64,000 nt of DNA from Aplysia californica (lineage: Eukaryota): positions 4,906 through 68,905 of the forward strand of contig NW_004798290.1 in assembly GCF_000002075.1 (NCBI RefSeq). Direction: 5' to 3'. Position 1 is the first letter of the stretch. Every line of letters begins with the position of its first letter. A program made the translations under genes and the position numbers. Shown one piece after another: positions 24,574 to 37,699 of this stretch. Below the pieces are notes generated by a model, which was not told the DNA's origin, made no database searches, and saw only the letters and a program-made list of their open reading frames with translations.

Positions 24574-26329
24574 NNNNNNNNNNNNNNNNNNNNNNNNNNN
24601 NNNNNNNNNNNNNNNNNNNNNNNNNNNNNNNNNNNNNNNNNNNNNNNNNNNNNNNNNNNNNNNNNNNNNNNNNNNNNNNNNNNNNNNNNNNNNNNNNNNN
24701 NNNNNNNNNNNNNNNNNNAGGGAGNNNNNNNNNNNNNNNNNNNNNNNNNNNNNNNNNNNNNNNNNNNNNNNNNNNNNNNNNNNNNNNNNNNNNNNNNNNN
24801 NNNNNNNNNNNNNNNNNNNNNNNNNNNNNNNNNNNNNNNNNNNNNNNNNNNNNNNNNNNNNNNNNNNNNNNNNNNNNNNNNNNNNNNNNNNNNNNNNNNN
24901 NNNNTCCTTTCACCGGTACACCTCTATGATCGTGTCATGCTTTTCCACACACTTGCAACACGTCCGTTTGGCCTCACACCACAAGTGATATTGTGGGCAC
25001 ACCCTGAACCACCAGAAACGAACCAGAAACCTTTCACGTCATTCTGATCGGTAGAGTGTAATTCATTAATCCTTTATCCCCCCCCCCCCCCCAAAAAAAA
25101 AAAGACCAGCCACCTTCTGATCCCATAAAATAGGAAAATATATACAGACCTTATAACCTATTGGATCAGGATTACCTACAAGTTTTTAAAGGAAATTTTG
25201 TTGGACAGTTTCCCGCCAGTTGGCTGATGAATTGGGGTCCACATCTTGTAAAAAACAGACCGTAAACTGATGGCCCGGTTACACGTAACGATAAATTGTA
25301 CAAAAACAGGACGATCTAGCGATCATACGATAAATCGTCAGGAGTAACCACAAAATCGACTTCAGAGAAGTTTACAGTTCGGCAGCGTCATCTCCGTAGG
25401 TCATCAGTGACGTAGCGTCTGATTAATCACTGCTTCCCTTCCTAATTTTGAAACATTGGCGCAATCAAATTCACCCATAAACGTACACCTCATAAATTAA
25501 ATGTAAAAAAGACCTTCATAATCAACAATGAACAGTATGCCTAACATTCAAAACTGTTTCACTGCCACAGAAATAGCCTGTTCACCCCTTTCGGGCCACT
25601 TCATAAATAGTCACAAGATTTGATTAAGTAAGCTTAAAGGGAAGCTGGAAGAGTCTACGAAAAGAGATGAAGGGAACATTAGCGCAACAGTCAAAACTGT
25701 TGCATTGCCACATACACCCTGTTCACCCCTTTCGGGCCACATTCATAAGCAGTCACAAGCACTGATTATGTAAACGAACTATTACACTGGTCGCGTCTAC
25801 CTCACAAATGTGAGGGCAACTAACTCCTAATAATCTCTTGATTGCTACGAGTGTTTGGTTGTTGTTTTTCTCGACTTTTTTCTGTTCTATAATCAGATCG
25901 TGACCCCGATTATGATATCGGCTCCTGGCCGCGAAAAGCTAGACAAAAACAGCCAAATGTGAAAAAAAAAAAGGATAATTGTTATGTTCTACCAAAGAGT
26001 TTAGACTCACTGGCATAAAATGTAGTACTGACCTCTCTGTTTCTTTGCTTTGTGTTTGTGTATTCAAATCTGAAGTTAAATTAAGTGTTAGTGGGAATAA
26101 ATATTTAATGAGATACTTTCCCGATTATTTTGGCGGTTAAACATACAATATGAATTCAGGATTTGCTTTCAATCACAACTCAGTGATGCGGTCTGGAGTA
26201 AGAATCCTAGTGATATCTCCAGGCCCTATTTGTTCCCGGCTCACTTTGATTACCCTGTCAAACAGGTCAGCCTTCGCCTCCAGTAGGTTAAAACGGAAAG
26301 ATGCAACAATAATTACGATATGCAATACT

Positions 26330-27040
26330 AATTTACTTACTCACTTCCTCTTTCCCTATGCAGCCAGGTACATAGACGGAGAGCAGTCGACACCACGCTT
26401 GTCTGTCCCTGGCCACCTCCTTCAATTTCAGCAAATCCAGGCCCTGGGCGATTGCCCCATCCCTTAGTGCGCATCTATAGCTTCCAGTTGGTCTTCCTCG
26501 TTCTCTTTTTTTTTTTTTAGTTGGTTGCCAGTACCAAGTCTGATAGGGCAATCTTGTCTTCGGCATTCTTAGAGCATCTCCTAGATATCTCCATCTTTTC
26601 CTTTCTATTGTTGTGTTGATATCTTCAATTACAGATCTTTCCAACACTTCATTATTTGTAATAAATTCGTTCCACTTTATTTGTAAAATTCTTTGTAATC
26701 ATTTTATTAGAAAGCTTTTTAATTTTCTTTGCAGTGTTTTGTTTGTTTTCCATATCTCTGAACCATACGTCAATACAGGCAAAATATTGCTATTATTTAT
26801 TTTTAATTTCGTCTTCGATGAAATGATCTCTGACTTCCAAATAGTTTTTAATTTCACAAAACCGATTGATGCTTTTTAAAGTTTTTGGTGGACGTCATCA
26901 AGGCGGTCTGCAGTGTTGGATATAATGCTGCCTAGGTACTTGAATTTACTAATTTCTGCAAGCACTTCTCCATAAAGAGTGATGGGCGTAGTTTCTGATT
27001 ATAGGCGTAGTACTTCTGTTTTAGATACATTTATCAATAT
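26330..27040 (-). mobile_element. RTE LINE 3' fragment ((gtaa)n-tail family)
   Basis: WRYLG..LRM...RLP, RGRP; homologous to 47400-48164. Confidence 0.8.
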
Positions 27041-27044
27041 CAGC

Positions 27045-28245
27045 ATCACCCAGTGCCAGATCTGCGACAGAAATCAGCGGTCATGGTTCTCTATCATACC
27101 TTTGCTTGGATGCTCTTAAAAAAGCTACGTTTCCTTGATCTTTCCCCTTTACCCATTTGTTTAGGTTCCCCAAGTAAGTTGCTCTTGGCCTACCACTGCC
27201 TCGTTTGCCTTGAATTTTGCCAGTGAGAGCAAGATGTTAAAGACCATTATGTCTATTCAGGTGTCCCAAAAACTGCATTTGTCGTTTCCTGGTTGTTTTT
27301 AACAGTGAGCGTCCCACGTGGGCTTCATCAAGCACTACCTCATTTGATTTCTTTTCCTTCCACTATACGCTTAGCAGTCTCCTAAGACATCACATTTCTG
27401 TTGCTTCTATTTCATTTCCACTGTCTTTAGTGATTGTCCAGCATTCACAGCCATATAGAAGTGTTGACCATACATAGATTTCAAAATTTCATTTTGGTTG
27501 TCATTGAGATGTTTCTATTTTTCAGTATGGAGCTCATTTTTATTGAAACAAACTTTAGCCATTGTAATTCTCCGTTTTATTTCTGTGGAATATTTGGCAT
27601 CAAAGGTTATCATTTATCCTAGATTTTTAAACTGTTAGACTTGTTTGATCACTTCACCTTTGCTAACGAGATTACAACTAGGATTTGCTGCTTTTTTATA
27701 TTACCATGCGTTCTGTTTTCTTTACTTTTAACTCTAATCCTTTACGTTCACTTTCTGTTACAACATTATCTAGAACCAATTGGAGGTCCTTTTGTGAGTT
27801 TTCTATTAAACCTGCATATCTGATGTTATTAATATTTTCTTCTTTTACTTTTAGACCTGGACATTCTTCTATGTTTCTAAGGATTGTTTCACTGTACATG
27901 TTAAAGAGGTCTGGTGACATAACACATCCTTGCCTCACTCCTCGCCTAATCTGCTTGCATTCACTGTATTCTCCATTAATTCATATAGCATTGCTTTGAT
28001 CCAAGTACAAATTTCTGATAATTCTTAGATCTTTTCCATCTATGTCTAGCTTTTCCAGTATTTTAAATAGCTCATCATGTCTAACTTTATCGAACGCCTT
28101 TGAATAATCTATAAAGCATAAATACAGATCTTTCTGTGCTTCAATACATCTTTCCATTTACATTGTTAAGGCGAGAATAACTTTTCTAGTGTCCTTGTCA
28201 GGAACAAAACTGAATTGTGTTTTAGATACCTCTAGTCTTTCATTT
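27045..28245 (-). mobile_element. RTE LINE fragment ((tga)n-tail family)
   Basis: CFIDYSKAFDKV, RQGCVMSPDLFN, NNIRYA; homologous to 3298-4075. Confidence 0.85.
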
Positions 28246-28689
28246 GATATTAAATACATATCCAAAATAGAATATTATTGTCTCCTCAATAAAGATGATA
28301 CTTTCAAACAGGTTGGAAAACAGAACAATTACTAATACCACGCAAAACCTGGACTTAACAGCTACTCGTGTTCATTAGTTTTAATGTTGTTTTTGTTTAA
28401 GAGCTATTGGTTTCGTGTCGAGCACGAAACGTTTTCTACATATTGAACTGTGTTAATTAAATTTGGTCTGAATCATCTGTCGGTGAAGAAAAAGAGGCAA
28501 TAAAACTGCTATGGTTTTGGGTGGCCATGGTAAAATGAACAAAACCCTCCCTCCTGAGAATCACCAGATAGCTTGGTTTAGTGGACTACATCGTGTAAGT
28601 GTTTGAACGTCATGTCTTACCATTATTTTCGCCATGGTGTCATTCAAGTAGACACCTGCCATGCCTGGCACAACATTTTCTCACAGGGT

Positions 28690-29393
28690 CATTGTCTCTA
28701 CACAATTTTTAAAAAACGAAATCATATCAACGTTGAAGTGGTCACCAATAATAAATAGCCTCGATATGAGTTCTTCAGGTGACGTGTGAAGTCCTATGAA
28801 ACAGCAGCTGAAGAAAAGCGACTTTGCACCCAATTCAGACCCTTTGTTGCAACTCTCCGGGACATTTGGGATGAAATGACAAATACTTATATTCAAAATT
28901 TTTAAAAGTCGATGCTCAAAGGGCTCATGCTCTACACAAAACCAATGATCCCTAAGCAAATTACCAATGAGCACATGTAATGTTGAGTCCAAGTTTTGTG
29001 TGGTATTTTATGATTGCTCTGTTGTCCGCTTTGTTTGAAACTATCGTGATAAAATATCGAAATGAAATATCATGTATTGCGAAGACAAAATTCTCCATTC
29101 ATTAGATATGGATTGTATGTCCATTTCTATCAATTCTGATGCTCCTCAATACACGAACGAAGTCAATTTAACATTTCTTTGATTTCGTAAAATTTTGTCA
29201 AACCTGATTTTTTAAGATCAATTTTGAGTGACCATATTTCGTCCTTTTTGAAAACATAGATAAATGATTAAAGTGGCAGACGAAGCAGACTTTATTTGGC
29301 TTTAAATTGGTATGCTGCATGGGAGGGTAATGCGAGGCTTTAACGCAATGATTGGCTGGTTACATTTTCAAGTTTCTTTTGGACGCTACTGTA
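28690..29393 (+). mobile_element. Tc1/mariner-like remnant (transposase C-terminal trace and TIR)
   Basis: LKWSP..SLDMS..V resembles WPxxSPDLNPIE; ends ttttggacgctactg-TA. Confidence 0.4.
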
Positions 29394-29803
29394 TATTTAT
29401 TCAAAATTATTAGTGAGATACTGTAACTTGTATGCAGGAAAAATGGCTAAAACGTGGATATTTAAATAGCCATCACCTCCCTAAGTTTATTTGGCAATGT
29501 AATTTGTGTATAAATGTCTTTCAATACACAAGTTGTGACTGTTTGGAATATAACAATGCTGTTTCTTAACAAGTTGCAAAATCTTTCGCTACACTCAATG
29601 TTGGTAGACTTTATTAAGACTTGATTTTTTTCGAGCATACCGGTTAATGTTTTCATATTGACAAATGTAACGTCCCCCTGGTTGAAATTAAAGCCAAATC
29701 TTTTTTGGAATTGGTCCAGAGATACCGAGTTGTTGCCCTTTCTTTATACACCAAGTCCTTGGAAGTGTTGATGGACTAATACAGTGGACATGTACACGAA
29801 CAG

Positions 29804-29925
29804 ACGACGTACACTGCTGAAACATGATCATACGTGAGTGGTGATGCTCAGTGCCACAGGGCAAACGACGTACACTGCTGAAACATGATCATACGTGAGT
29901 GGTGATGCTCAGTGCCACAGGGCAA
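29804..29925. repeat. Perfect 61-bp direct duplication
   Basis: acgacgtacactgctgaaacatg...ccacagggcaa x2. Confidence 0.9.
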
Positions 29926-30439
29926 AGACTTTACAGGAATATCTCAAAAGATCAAGGTCATGACCTTGGAGTGGCCTGGGAATGATCATGGTCATTGAAA
30001 GTGTTGGAATTCCTGGAATCCAAGGTCGCTGACAGCTGTCCAGGGCAACAGCCTGAGGGGATGGCGTCATGGTGCTCAATGACGGCTGGTTTGTTTGTTT
30101 TGTTTGTTTGTTTGTTTGTTTGTTTGCTTGTCTGAGTCAAAAGAAACACATCATCACAATAATGGCCACCTAATGCTGAGAAAAGTCAGACAGAAACAAA
30201 AGAGGGAAAGTAAAGAAGTTGAACCTACCTGTGACACCCTCCAGCCACTCACCACTGACAGATGAATATGTCCAATATCTAGCACTACGTGCAAAAAAAG
30301 AACATAAGGTGGTTCTTGTTCTTCACGAACCAATGGTTCCTATGTAAAATTTAAAAAGAACACATCAAATGTTATGTCCAGTTTTTTTACGTGGACGTAG
30401 TGACTGCACTGTTTTGCACTGTGTTTGCAAATTCACTGT

Positions 30440-30776
30440 ATCTGAATAAAACATCATTGTTCATTTTAGAGATAAACGTTTTCGTTCATTTGGTCTGCGA
30501 TACACGTCAATTCCAACAGCGTAGATGCTCCTCCATGCAATTGGCAACACGCTAATACGTTTCTCTCTTACAGAATTTTGGCAAGGCTGATTTTTTAAAG
30601 TTAAACGTGGGTGAACGTATCCCGGGCAACTCTTCTCATGGATCTAACATTTGTTTGTCAGATGATGCAAAATCTATGCAGCTTTCAATCTGCATGCTGC
30701 ATGAGTGGTAGTGCAAGGCGTGAATGCACAAGAGATTGGTGAATATATCTTTCAGTTTCTTTTGGATGCCACTGTA
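30440..30776. mobile_element. Tc1-like terminal remnant
   Basis: Ends tttggatgccactg-TA, related to the 29370-29393 terminus. Confidence 0.35.
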
Positions 30777-31335
30777 TATTCTACATATAGAGACACTCTT
30801 ACCCCCTTTTCCCAATCCCACACTCACTCACGCCTATCCATATCAGTATGTATTGACATGTAGGTGAACCATTGAAATTGCATTTGGATTGTCTTTGAGA
30901 ATATAAGCCNNNNNNNNNNNNNNNNNNNNNNNNNNNNNNNNNNNNNNNNNNNNNNNNNNNNNNNNNNNNNNNNNNNNNNNNNNNNNNNNNNNNNNNNNNN
31001 NNNNNNNNNNNNNNNNNNNNNNNNNNNNNNNNNNNNNNNNNNNNNNNNNNNNNNNNNNNNNNNNNNNNNNNNNNNNNNNNNNNNNNNNNNNNNNNNNNNN
31101 NNNNNNNNNNNNNNNNNNNNNNNNNNNNNNNNNNNNNNNNNNNNNNNNNNNNNNNNNNNNNNNNNNNNNNNNNNNNNNNNNNNNNNNNNNNNNNNNNNNN
31201 NNNNNNNNNNNNNNNNNNNNNNNNNNNNNNNNNNNNNNNNNNNNNNNNNNNNNNNNNNNNNNNNNNNNNNNNNNNNNNNNNNNNNNNNNNNNNNNNNNNN
31301 NNNNNNNNNNNNNNNNNNNNNNNNNNNNNNNNNNA

Positions 31336-31392
31336 ACCAATATTCCAAGATCTGGACAATAAAGATGTATCTTATCTTATCTTATCTTATCA
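31336..31392 (+). mobile_element. Rex1/Babar 3' tail (body probably in the adjacent gap)
   Basis: gatctggacaataaagatgtatcttatcttatc identical to 16603-16643. Confidence 0.75.
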
Positions 31393-32199
31393 TATTCCTG
31401 AAGGTTGCCAGTAACATAGAGTGGATTCCACAAATCTTACAGCTAGGATCAATGTCAGGCTTGCGTCAGGAATCGGCCATTAAAAAAACCGAGGATGACT
31501 AGCGGCCAAGAGTTTCCAAACAAAGATGAGGATCAAGTTCCGAGGCCGCGTGACCCATAAGTACTGGAGTCGGCGGAGGAGGCTGCTAGTGTACGCCATC
31601 CCTCAACGACAGCTGGGGTCTTGTCGGAGCTAACAGAAACATACTGAGTCGAGGACGGAACAGGAATACAGCAGAAAGTTTTGATTTGTTATCCGAGTTC
31701 TACTGTCAGGTAACTATTCAAATTATGTAGAAAAAAATTCTGATTTAGTTTCAGTTCACTATGGTAAAAATGTTTTACAGCGCTTGCAACTGCATCAGGT
31801 CAAGTGAGTGCGCGGGACACAGGGTGGATACTCCCACATTAGTTCATAGCACGCCGTGGTTCTACTTTGCAAGTTACAATGATTGAAGTATCTAAATATA
31901 TATTATGCTAAAAATCAGTTTTAAAAGCAGCAATTTGCATATTTAAAGGAACATCAAACTTTGGTGTAGAGACAACAAATGGTCCTTACTAAATCGAGAA
32001 TTCTGTTGGAGATCAACGATGGAAAACTCACTATTTAGATGAGTGCATTTATAATTATTTTCTTCGGGTTTCTTTTCAGCTAGGACATTTTCTTTGGATG
32101 TGCCTGATCGTAAATCTGTTATAGAATACCACACAAAAACTGATGGTTTTTCTTCTTCCTGTAGGAGGTATTTATTTGTCAGGGGGTACGTTCAATCTT

Positions 32200-33200
32200 T
32201 TGTTAAAACAACTTCCCCTCTTCTGGAGAGACTGGGAGCTTTCGTGGATCCATTTCGAGCACGATATTGTTGAGTTCGTGGATGACTTGTGCGCTCCAGT
32301 TTTCCTCCCACAGGCTAGGGGTGTAGCTTTTGGCCCTACGTTTAAAGTCTGTCTGCAGGAGGGTTTTCTCCGTTGGTCCCAACAGAAGGGACAAGGATTC
32401 CTTCTCCAGAAGTTCGACCTGCTCGTTTCCACGGATGTCTGTATGGCTACTAGTATTCATGCAAACACAATGCAAATTTATGCAGTCTTTGGTCAGTCAA
32501 GAAATGAATCCTCAACGGAAATCTAATTATTCAAAGGTTTAACAAACTGAAATTGGTGAGTAAAGTGAGACAAGAAAAGGAATCGGACAGGGTTGAAATC
32601 GGACAAGATTAGAAAATGTGATTTCAGAGAAATGTGTAGTCCAATGCTGTGTCAATGACAGTACGGAGCCTCCTGTGTTGAGTGTTGTTTGCGTGTACAG
32701 GGCAGCGGAGCCTACAGCTGAGCCAGATGTAGAGTCGTCTGTGAAGATTTTCTCTGTGTTGGGAGTTTGTTTGATGTGTTTTCTGTTTGCGATATTGAAG
32801 GTTTTAACGTGGGTGCATGATTTATTGCGTGTTGTCAGGTTTCAGTTTATCTTTGCCTTCGTGAGGTGCCACCTGGGAGAGATTGTGAAAAAGAAATTGC
32901 TGTCTCGTTTCTGAAAGTTGTTTGTTTATGAGGTCCTGAAATGTTCATCAAAAGGTTGAATAATTTTGTCGTTGTTTTTGCATTGGTTATCTTTATGCCC
33001 AGACCAGTTTGAAAAACACAGCAGTGTGCAGAGCTGTTGTGTGTTGAGCTTTGTTTGACTGCGCAGCGTAAAGAACGTTTTTGTTTTCTGATATTGTTAG
33101 ATGGGATGTTGACCCTGGCGCGGATAGGCCACATGACGAGGCGGAAGCTGTGCTCGGTTCTGTAGTGGGATCTTAGGCTTATTGGCACCTCACGGGAAGA
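32200..33200 (-). mobile_element. I-clade LINE remnants (RNase H and ORF1 traces)
   Basis: SHTDIRGNEQVELL...TDFK...W...W (RNase H C-terminus); PIRARVNIPSN resembles ORF1 VRxYIPNP. Confidence 0.55.
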
Positions 33201-33739
33201 TCTTCACTATGAGAGGTAATTTCTTGTCAAAGATAGTTCCGAGGAAACGAGCCTGGCCCTAGTCATGACTCCTTTCCCCGTAAAATGTCAAACATGGCTG
33301 CAGTACATGTCTGCTGAATCGGCAAAAGTGCACTTAAACCACTATGGACGGGGAACTTGTAACCGTTTTCATTTATCCAGTTTTCAAGTTTGAGCGGCTG
33401 CGTCTGGAGCTGTATTTCCTTAGATCTTAGTTGAGGATTTCTGGATCGGCAGCATATCAAAAAGATATCAACGTATACCCAGCTAGCTGTTCATGTTGTT
33501 TTGGAGGGTCTGAAAGATGAAGTTTCTTTTAAATTAAAAAAGGAAAGGGGAAATTATGCATCCTTGGGGAATACCTTCACCAGACAAAACCTACGTATGC
33601 AACGGGGGGTCGGGGTTGGGGGGGGGGGCTGCCTAGGCTCAGAGCAAGTAGGATGAGAGTGTGCAGGATACGTTACTTCCAGGTTGTGCTGATAGTTGGG
33701 GGTTTTTCGAGGTAGGAAAATATAGCCTTTTGCAGCCTC

Positions 33740-34693
33740 CTTCGACAAGGGGATCACGTTTAAAAGTCTCCAGTCGGACCAGGTGATCTAAAGTGGATGG
33801 AGTTTTCCTGAATCCGCAGTGAAGACCGCTCAGCGAGCCCGTCGTCTCCAGACACAATACGATTTGCGTGTTTATTATTCTTTCTACAAGTTTACTTAGA
33901 CAGCTCGTTAANNNNNNNNNNNNNNNNNNNNNNNNNNNNNNNNNNNNNNNNNNNNNNNNNNNNNNNNNNNNNNNNNNNNNNNNNNNNNNNNNNNNNNNNN
34001 NNNNNNNNNNNNNNNNNNNNNNNNNNNNNNNNNNNNNNNNNNNNNNNNNNNNNNNNNNNNNNNNNNNNNNNNNNNNNNNNNNNNNNNNNNNNNNNNNNNN
34101 NNNNNNNNNNNNNNNNNNNNNNNNNNNNNNNNNNNNNNNNNNNNNNGGGAACGGGAATGACATTGGAAAGCTGCCATTAGTCTAGGTACGGGTGTGATTG
34201 CCACAAGTTGTTGTGTGTCTCAAAGAAGCGTGAGAGTTTGTGCGGGAAGATGTCTGATGGTATGACTGCGTAGTTTCTCACGACCCGGGGCTGTACTGCT
34301 CACGTCCGAGATGTCTGACGTCAGATTGTCTTTTGTGAAGTCTGCGTTGTACATTTCTTTGTCGTTTTGGTTGACGTTTATGTGTTGTTCACTATTGATT
34401 TTGATGTTTTAAAAGGTGTTGTTGTAGTTTGTTTTGGGTGAATTTTGAGAAAGGGATGTGGCTATGGTATTTGCAATGTCTATTGGTGTTTTTTCTGAGG
34501 TGTTATCTAGGTTTTGGATGTGTCGGGTGGTGCCTAAGTTTTCACCTTTAAATTTTTGGTTGGTTTTAAAGACTGTGTTGATGGGTATTCGGTTATTTAT
34601 TTTGGAGATGTATTTTCTGAATGAATGTCGTTTATTCTTCCGGAGCTATCTAGGTGCCTCAGCTGGGGCTTTTTTGTGTGCCATTTTGTTGTC

Positions 34694-34737
<44 letters not shown>

Positions 34738-35990
34738 TTGTGTGTGTGTGTGTGGCAGCCTATCCGTTCGAAATGTTTGGAGCTCCGAAGAACGTGCTCT
34801 TTGAAAGGGCCACCCCCTCTCTTGGGTAGCGTGTGAGGCAGTCCAACCTCCCTGAATCCTCCCCAAAGAGATGCCACCGTCCGATAGTGTTGTTGCTGTC
34901 GTTGACGCTCTCTGACATACTGTCTTTTGTTTCTGTACGGCATCACCGCATTCCCAAGGGTACAGGACTTTGTCTTCCGGTGGTGGAGAGACGTTTTTGC
35001 AATGGGATTTTAACATATTCCGTAGTTGAGGCCGAACGTTGGGTTTAGAATTTGGGAGCATTAAGTAGCCAGCCCGTCCCTTTCTCTGAAGTTGAAGCAT
35101 TCTGAGATCAGGTCGTTTTGGAGGGTGGTCTTTGAGAAACAACTGGAGAAGTCCTGAACACAAGAAAAGCACTTGCGAGATGAAATGTCTGCGGGGAGCC
35201 ATAAACAAAACCAGATGGGACATGATCGGAAACAACAGTATCAGAGAAATGATGGGAACAACATCTGTTCTAAACTACATTTAGAGGCAACAAAAATATG
35301 GTTTGGACATGTGACACGTATGGACCCTCCCCCAGAGTGCCAGTAAAGAGTGCAACAAAAGGATATCAGGATACAAGACAAGAGGAAGACCAAGGAAGAC
35401 CTAGATCGAGGGTGTGAAGGACACTCATAAGACATACAACATACCACCTTGCCAGGCGATCCAGCTTTCCAGAGACCGAAAGCTCTTTCTCCCCTCGACG
35501 CCCTAGATGGTACAAGAGGACATCTAAAGTAAAGTAAAGAAAAGGAAAGTAAAGGAAAGTAAGTTGTCATGTATACGGAGTGGATCATGGTGGATCTGTG
35601 CAGGGAGACCGAGACGGCATTAGCCTGGAGGGTGGTCCTTAGTTGTGTTTGTCTGTGAACTCTGTTGTTGTCGGTGCTGATAACGGTTTTACTGGAAGTA
35701 ATGGGGTTTTCTGTGTGACTTCGATGATGCCCAGTAAATCATTTTCAGTCTTTGGTTGAAGCCGAGGCGAACTTTGCCTCCGGAATACAGGCAACAAGTG
35801 GGCAGTGTGGCCTGTAAGTCTTGCAATTTAGCAATGGAAGGGCGGGGTCCTCTGGTATTCAATTTCAGGACCGCCATAACTCTTGTTTTGTTTTGGAGTA
35901 AAAAAAGGCACCGGCTTAGATTAGCTCTGATGTGTTCTTGTGGGGAAGGCAGAGAACCTGTGTGGATGCGCCCTCCATAAGGTAGCGGCT
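33740..35990 (-). mobile_element. Fragmented I-clade LINE (RT start, ORF1 zinc knuckle) with an RTE 3' fragment (+, ~35160-35565) inside
   Basis: LTSCLSKLVERIIN...HCGFRKTPSTLDHLVRLET; frameshifted HC.NCK..GHTA near 35800-35840. Confidence 0.55.
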
Positions 35991-36039
35991 TGCATTTTTT
36001 AGGGGAGTGGGAGGTGAGGAGAAAAAAATGTAGGAATTC

Positions 36040-36071
36040 TCATTGTCATGATTGTTTTCCTCCTTTCTCAG
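36040..36071 (+). promoter_or_regulatory. 3' splice acceptor 16 nt upstream of the CYP B ATG
   Basis: ttgttttcctcctttctcAG|gtccctcactgtcacgATG; conserved at 45097-45130 and 49943-49975 on the minus strand. Confidence 0.7.
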
Positions 36072-36087
36072 GTCCCTCACTGTCACG

Positions 36088-37605
36088 ATGATCTCCGAGT
36101 ACCTAATAGCTCTCGTGGTCCTAGCTGCGATATTCCTGATTGGGTCAAGGTTCAAAAATCGAAAACCTACCACGGTTCCGGGCCCGTCCTTGCTGCAAGG
36201 TCTGTGGGACTTTCTGCAGAGCATGAAGCAGGATTCTCTCCATCTGACGGCAGCAAAGTGGGCCGACCAGTACGGCGATATCGTATCGTTAAACACGCTG
36301 TTTCGTCAGGTAATTTTCGTCAATAGTGCTGCGCTCACTCGTAAACTTGTGTGCGATCCAAGCACAAGAGAATTCTCCAACGACAGACCGCCCACTTTCA
36401 TGGGAACAGTTTTCTTCTATGGCGCCCAAGACATTTTGCTTGGCCGTTATGGCAAAGACTTGCTCAAGAGAAGGAAAATCTTTCATCACTTACTTAAGTT
36501 TTATGGCGAAGGTGTCCATAACTTTGAAGCACTGATGAAAACAACGTCCAAGGATCTGTGTCAGCGCCTAACTAAATACGAAGGAGACGTATCTTTATCG
36601 GAGGAGCTTGCCCATTACATTCGGTGGGTGGTCGGACTTCTACTCAAAGGACCAGAGACGTGTGAAGAAGATTTAGATGCCTTGATTGGGTTTATCGATA
36701 GAGCAACTGAATGTTTTATATTTGAAAAGGAAATAGTCTTAGAAACAGTTCCTTTTGCGCCTCACATCCCTGGACTGGGCCTGAGGAAGCTTGTGGGTGA
36801 TCTAAAAGTCGCCCAAGAAGTGATGAAACAGAGGTTTTTTCTGGCTATTCGAGAAACCTACCACAAAGGGGAAAGAACTGGTATAGTTACTGACATGTTA
36901 GACCAACAGGCAGAGCTAAAGGAGAAAGGAAACGCCTCCGAAATGCCTGATGATTTAATTCTTGGTTTAATCCAAGACATCGCTTCAGCTGCCTATGCAA
37001 CAACAGTAGGGACATTGAATTCCTTATTTTTGCAGCTTTTGGTGGACCAAAAGCTTCAGGAGCGCATACATGCAGAGATCTGTGAAGTAATAGGAGATGA
37101 AAGCCCCAGCTTTGAGCAGAGACGGCACATGCCATTCACAGAAGCAACTATCCTGGAGACCTTGAGATATTCCTCAACAGCGCCTCAGCTGCTACCTCAC
37201 TACGCATGTGGGGACATTCATTTTGAGGGACATTTCATCCCTAAAGGTACCTTTCTTATCCTGAACGCCTGGTATTTCCACCATAGAGAGGACTTGTGGG
37301 AAGACCCCTGGGAGTTCAAACCAGAGAGGTTCCTGGACTCAGATGGTCAACTCCTCGACCCAGAACATCCCACACGACAGAACCTTCTACCTTTTGGGAC
37401 TGGGAAAAGATCTTGTCCTGGTGAAAGTTTCTCGAGGATTCGTATCTTTTTCATCGTGGTCACTTTGCTTCAGAAGTATCGTTTTCTGCCCCCCGTTGAT
37501 GTACCGCTCCCGTCTACCAACCCAAAGGACTGGAAAACAAAGACAGTAATTTGTCCTGACGAGTTCAAGTGCCGAATGGAGCCCAGACTCACAGCAAAGG
37601 CCTAA
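36088..37605 (+). CDS. Cytochrome P450 paralog B, intronless CDS, 505 aa
   Basis: ATG at 36088 matches the paralog N-terminus MISEYLIAL; DIASAAYATT; ETLR; PERF; FGTGKRSCPG. Confidence 0.95.
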   Translation: MISEYLIALVVLAAIFLIGSRFKNRKPTTVPGPSLLQGLWDFLQSMKQDSLHLTAAKWADQYGDIVSLNTLFRQVIFVNSAALTRKLVCDPSTREFSNDRPPTFMGTVFFYGAQDILLGRYGKDLLKRRKIFHHLLKFYGEGVHNFEALMKTTSKDLCQRLTKYEGDVSLSEELAHYIRWVVGLLLKGPETCEEDLDALIGFIDRATECFIFEKEIVLETVPFAPHIPGLGLRKLVGDLKVAQEVMKQRFFLAIRETYHKGERTGIVTDMLDQQAELKEKGNASEMPDDLILGLIQDIASAAYATTVGTLNSLFLQLLVDQKLQERIHAEICEVIGDESPSFEQRRHMPFTEATILETLRYSSTAPQLLPHYACGDIHFEGHFIPKGTFLILNAWYFHHREDLWEDPWEFKPERFLDSDGQLLDPEHPTRQNLLPFGTGKRSCPGESFSRIRIFFIVVTLLQKYRFLPPVDVPLPSTNPKDWKTKTVICPDEFKCRMEPRLTAKA

Positions 37606-37699
37606 TCTTGTTCTACCTAAATGGAACCGTAGCTCAAGCATTTCAGAAATAATCATAGACTTGACAATGTGTTCTTTCTTTTCTTTCAAGGCGTTTTTT

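Noticed and set aside
36052-36087. N-terminal extension in the 517-aa ORF call
   Set aside because: It starts at a non-ATG codon inside the polypyrimidine tract; paralogs begin at MISEY
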